Positions 60,228 to 64,000 of a stretch of DNA of 64,000 nucleotides are shown one piece after another. The stretch covers positions 4,703-68,702 of the forward strand of contig JBQMYQ010000004.1 in the NCBI GenBank assembly GCA_052173415.1. The letters are read 5' to 3'. This DNA is from Wolinella sp. (GTDB taxonomy: Bacteria; Campylobacterota; Campylobacteria; Campylobacterales; Helicobacteraceae). The notes beneath the pieces are model-generated. The model was not told where the DNA came from. It saw nothing but the letters and a program-made list of their open reading frames with translations, and did not search any database. Each line of letters begins with the position of its first letter. Position 1 is the stretch's first letter. The translations under genes and the position numbers were made by a program.

Positions 60228-61583
60228 TTAAGCTCGTAGTGGTAGTGGCAAGAGAGGGTGTAGCCACGATGTTCCCATGGGTTGAATGGGTTGTCCGCCG
60301 CCATTGACACAACCTCCAGGGCAGTTCATCACTTCAATGAAGTGGTATTCGCCCTTGTTTTCGGTCAGTTTTTGGACGATTTTTTCAATATTGTGCGAAG
60401 CTCCATTAACCACCGCGACCTTGATCTCAATAATCTCTCCACCACGATCTTTAAGTGGGACGGGGATTTTTGCCTCTACTATGTCTGTGTCATAGCCTCT
60501 TACGGGGATAATATCAGGGTTGGATAGCTCCTTGCCTGAGAGAATAAAATATGCCGTCCTCAAAGCTGCCTCCATGACACCTCCACTGTTGCCAAAGATT
60601 GTTCCCGCACCAGTATAGACGTTCATTACCTCTTCTTCGCGCTCATCAGAGAGTTCTAGGGGGTTGATTCCCTTGCGTTTGAAGAGTTCAGCAATATCCC
60701 TAGCAGTCAAAACAGCATCAACATCAGGAAAAGGGGCACTTGAAGCGGGAATCTTGCCCTCTTCTTTGAGGTAGTGGTAGGCAGAGTCAAACTCAGGGCG
60801 ACTAGCTTCAAATATTTTCGCAGTGCAGGGGGTTACCGCGACCATATAGACATCTTCAGGGTCTTTCTTCCAGACATACTCCGCTGCCCATGTCTTCGCT
60901 AATGCCCCGCCCATTTGGATTGGAGATTTCGCACCAGAGATATGAGGAATCAGCTGAGGGTGAAAGGTCTCGGCGTTTTTTACCCACGCCGGACAGCAAC
61001 TTGTGAAGTGAGGGAAAGGGTGGTGCGCAACATGTTCTAAATCTTCGCCCCGCTCACCTAAAATTCAGTAGCGCACTTTCTTGATAAACTCTGTCCCCTC
61101 CTCAAGAATCGTGTTATCCGCGGCAAAATTAACATCATAGTTGTGGAATCCAGCCTTTTCAAAGGCATTATAGAGGCGATTGACCGTCAAGTCGCCGGGC
61201 TTGCCTCCAAATTCCTCAGCGATAGAGACACGCACCGCAGGTGAAGGGTGGGCGACGACGAAACTTTTTCCATCCTCAAGCCGTCGCATTACCTCATCAA
61301 CGAAGCTCATTTGCTCAATCGCACCAAAAGGGCAATTCACTAAGCACTGCCCACAGGCGACACAGCGATTCTCGCTAATAGCGTGGGCGACTCCTAAAGA
61401 GCCATTAATTGCTTCAGTAGGGCAGAACGCACTACAGGTATCACAGCCCACACAATGGTCTTGGTTAATACGAATAATTCCGCGAAGCTCTCCCTTGCGG
61501 TGAGTTCCTTCAAATTCTGCATCGCCACCTCTAGCATGCGGTGGAGGCGAGAAAGTGCGGACTTTAGAAACGTTTTCTAGCAT
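60228..61583 (-). pseudogene. hydA: Periplasmic [FeFe]-hydrogenase large (catalytic) subunit HydA, interrupted by an in-frame TGA at 61065-61067
   Basis: Two track ORFs (61065..61631 and 60228..60914) are in the same frame. Together they encode two ferredoxin-type CxxCxxCxxxCP motifs and the H-cluster motifs TSCCPAW (in the uncalled gap), TPCTAKIFE and EVMNCPGGCVNGGGQP. ATG at 61583 follows AGGAGG. Confidence 0.85.
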
Positions 61584-61858
61584 AAATCCTCCTCGTTTTG
61601 ATACACGCCCTATAGATAAGACCCGTTTCATAAGAGAATATTCTGCTAAGGCGTGCGCCGACTCTACAACAGTTAAAATAAAATTCTATATTAATACCAT
61701 AAATGGAGAATGTAATTAAGATGGGAGTATGGAGAGACGAATATCGGGTAAAATATATTTAAAGACACCATGTGCGCACATGACATCGCTTATCATGTGC
61801 CGGGTTATGTCATGATTTCGCAGTTTTATCAAACTTCTCTATTAGCAGATGATTCATT

Positions 61859-61884
61859 TAGGTAGATTCCTAGGAATCTACCTA
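61859..61884. promoter_or_regulatory. 26-bp perfect palindrome TAGGTAGATTCCTAGGAATCTACCTA, 15 nt upstream of the radical SAM gene start
   Basis: Read directly. The same intergenic region also holds CATGTGCGCACATG (61769-61782) and the pair CATGACAT/ATGTCATG (61779-61786 / 61807-61814). Confidence 0.85.
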
Positions 61885-61898
61885 TTCAGATTAGAGTT

Positions 61899-62762
61899 AT
61901 GAGTTTAGTAATCAAAAAAGTATCAACAAAAAATATAATTGTAAAATCAAACCTTATTCCTGAGGGATTTTCTGCGAATCCTTATATTGGTTGCACTCAT
62001 GCGTGTAAATATTGCTACGCTTCATATATGAAAAATTTTACTAATCATGACGAGTCTTGGGGTGAATTTATTGATATAAAACTTTGGGAATCTATCCCGA
62101 ATAAACATCGCTATACAGGCAAAGAGATTGTCATAGGCACTGCAACAGATCCTTATCTTCCTCAAGAGGCAATATATAAGCGCACCTTAAAACTATTAGA
62201 AGAGCTAAAAGCAACAAAAGCCAAGATCATTCTCATAACCAAATCGACTTTAATTTTAAGAGATATTGAGCCCATTGGTAATATTCCTAATATACAAATT
62301 TTATTTTCTATAAATTCACTTGATGAAAATTTTCAAAATAAAATAGATCGAGCACCGAAAGTTCATGAGCGACTGGAAGTGATGAGAGAATTTCATGATA
62401 GAGGAATTAAAACGCTCTGTTTAATTGCTCCAGTATTTCCGAAGATTACTCAACCTTTTGAGATTATAGACGCCATCAAGGATCGGTGCAGTGGTATTTT
62501 GATAGATAAACTAAAACTTCGTGGCGAATCTAGAGATAGGATTTTGGAGTTCATTAGGTGTGAATACCCGCAACATTTTGCGCTCTATTGTGATATTTTT
62601 CTTAGAAATATAGATACCTTCTGGGAATCTTTAGCAAGAGATTTATTGAATTTTTCACACACTAAAGATTTTCCTTTAGAGATAGAAATTCAATATAAAA
62701 AGCGAGAAAAGCCCCTAAAAAAGGAGCTAAATCTCTTTGATTTTATTTCACAACGACACTAA
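61899..62762 (+). CDS. Radical SAM protein, SplB/DNA-photolyase-like family
   Basis: CX3CX2C near the N-terminus (CTHACKYCYA). The length and pattern resemble SPL-family radical SAM proteins. AT-rich gene. Confidence 0.7.
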   Translation: MSLVIKKVSTKNIIVKSNLIPEGFSANPYIGCTHACKYCYASYMKNFTNHDESWGEFIDIKLWESIPNKHRYTGKEIVIGTATDPYLPQEAIYKRTLKLLEELKATKAKIILITKSTLILRDIEPIGNIPNIQILFSINSLDENFQNKIDRAPKVHERLEVMREFHDRGIKTLCLIAPVFPKITQPFEIIDAIKDRCSGILIDKLKLRGESRDRILEFIRCEYPQHFALYCDIFLRNIDTFWESLARDLLNFSHTKDFPLEIEIQYKKREKPLKKELNLFDFISQRH

Positions 62763-64000
62763 AAATCGTTCCATTTCGACGAACCAAAATCCGTTTCATT
62801 TTACCTCTGTTTTGTTTCATTGCTTCATTAAAAGAAGCAATATCTTTAATGAGGTAATTTTCAACCCGCACGATCACATCGCCCTCGCTAAAACCAAGCT
62901 CACTCGCTATGCTATCCTCGCGCACGCCCGTAACGAGCACGCCTTTGGTATCGGGAGCGATTCTGTATCGCTGTTTTAGTCGCTCATCAAGCGCGCCAAT
63001 TGAGAGCCCATCAATGCCACTATTACCATGCGCGATTCCGCTACCATTTTGCGGTGCTTCTGCGAGTTTAACCGTTGTGCTGAATTCCTTTTTATCACGA
63101 TTGTAGAGCACTTTTATTTTGTCGTTTGGCGAGTAGTTACCGATGATATTCTTCAAATCCGAGGCACTTTTTACTACTTTATCATCGATTTTTACGATAA
63201 GATCCCACACCTTGAGACCTGCTTTTTGTGCGGGGGAATCGGGTTCGATTCCAATTAAAACCGCCCCCTCTTGATCTCCATAGGAATCGCGCAATTCCTG
63301 TGTAAGGTCTTGAATAGAAACCCCCATGTATCCCCGCTCAATCACGCCTTTATCAATTAAAGTAAGTGCGATTTTTTTCACCATTTCAGAGGGAATTGCA
63401 AATCCGATGCCATGATTCCCTCCTGTGCGCGAGAGAATCGCTGTATTGATTCCCACCAATGCTCCACGGGAATCCACCAGCGCACCACCGGAGTTTCCGG
63501 GGTTAATGGACGCGTCGGTTTGTATAAAATTTTCATAATCATTAATCCCGATTCCGCTTTTATTGAGGGCTGAAATGATCCCTTGAGTCACGCTCTCTCC
63601 GACGCCAAAGGGATTCCCAATGGCAAAAACCACATCGCCCACTTTCGCTTCACTGCTATCTGCAAATGAGATGATCGGGAGCTCTTTCCCCTTGATTTTT
63701 ATCACGGCCAAATCACTGCGCGGATCCTTGCCCAGCACTTTTGCTTCGTATTCCTTGCCATTTTCTGGTAGTGTGACGATGACTTTATCCGCGCCATCAA
63801 TGACGTGATTATTCGTGATGATATGCCCCTCTTTTGAGATGATCACCCCGCTCCCCAAACTGCGCTCGACCCGATCTTTGGGGACCATCTGATTAAACAT
63901 ATCACCAAAAAACTGCTGAAAAAACGGGTCATTAAAGAGTGGGTGATTTTGCCCGAGATTCCCCATCTGATTTTTAATCTTTTTTTGTGTCGAGATATTG
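62743..64000 (-). CDS. htrA: Periplasmic serine protease/chaperone HtrA (DegP), N-terminus outside window
   Basis: Strong similarity to H. pylori HtrA (NDPFFQQFFGD, GSGVIISK.G.I.TNNHV, FAIGNPFGVGESVTQGI.SALNKSGIGIN.YENFIQTDASINPGNSGGAL), with two PDZ domains. The frame stays open to base 64000. Confidence 0.95.
   Translation of the reverse strand, partial: NISTQKKIKNQMGNLGQNHPLFNDPFFQQFFGDMFNQMVPKDRVERSLGSGVIISKEGHIITNNHVIDGADKVIVTLPENGKEYEAKVLGKDPRSDLAVIKIKGKELPIISFADSSEAKVGDVVFAIGNPFGVGESVTQGIISALNKSGIGINDYENFIQTDASINPGNSGGALVDSRGALVGINTAILSRTGGNHGIGFAIPSEMVKKIALTLIDKGVIERGYMGVSIQDLTQELRDSYGDQEGAVLIGIEPDSPAQKAGLKVWDLIVKIDDKVVKSASDLKNIIGNYSPNDKIKVLYNRDKKEFSTTVKLAEAPQNGSGIAHGNSGIDGLSIGALDERLKQRYRIAPDTKGVLVTGVREDSIASELGFSEGDVIVRVENYLIKDIASFNEAMKQNRGKMKRILVRRNGTIFSVVVK

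Noticed and set aside
61026-61067. Possible SECIS-like hairpin after the hydA in-frame UGA, implying a selenocysteine-containing [FeFe] hydrogenase.
   Set aside because: I kept this only as a minor alternative inside the hydA finding. The stem is short and mismatched, the codon lies in a variable loop rather than at a catalytic Cys, and no Sec-containing [FeFe] hydrogenase is established.

Overview
The window is a 64-kb chromosomal segment. Gene content and protein similarity point to a Helicobacter-like member of the Campylobacterota: HtrA, DnaA and RNase J with an N-terminal extension, plus nifS-nifU, tig-clpP-def and fabZ-lpxA-clpX-mreBC. This taxon call rests on remembered protein similarity, not a search. 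About 60 protein genes are called and most are housekeeping. I found no rRNA, tRNA, CRISPR array, transposase or prophage. The window contains the replication origin: gyrB-dnaN-dnaA run leftward, ruvC-thyX run rightward, and DnaA-box clusters sit on both sides of dnaA. Accessory content: (1) a periplasmic [FeFe]-hydrogenase locus, hydA-hydB-cytochrome b-hydG-hydE-hydF (55.4-61.6 kb), whose catalytic subunit is interrupted by an in-frame TGA; (2) a Cache protein/histidine kinase/response regulator operon divergent from a TsdA-like diheme cytochrome c (43.3-47.7 kb); (3) a low-GC single-gene insert encoding an HsdR-N (PD-(D/E)xK) nuclease-like protein (37.3-38.4 kb). Two scattered histidine-biosynthesis genes are frameshifted: hisIE once, and hisF twice with compensating shifts. 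The most striking sequence-level signal is a roughly ten-fold or greater excess of the hexamer GGAATC/GATTCC. It occurs in all reading frames and in intergenic DNA, where it often forms inverted pairs. Other observations: a G14 tract at the 3' end of a REC-PAS-GGDEF-EAL gene, small unannotated ORFs with strong ribosome-binding sites, and candidate operator repeats. All motif coordinates were indexed by hand. No database search or computation was possible.
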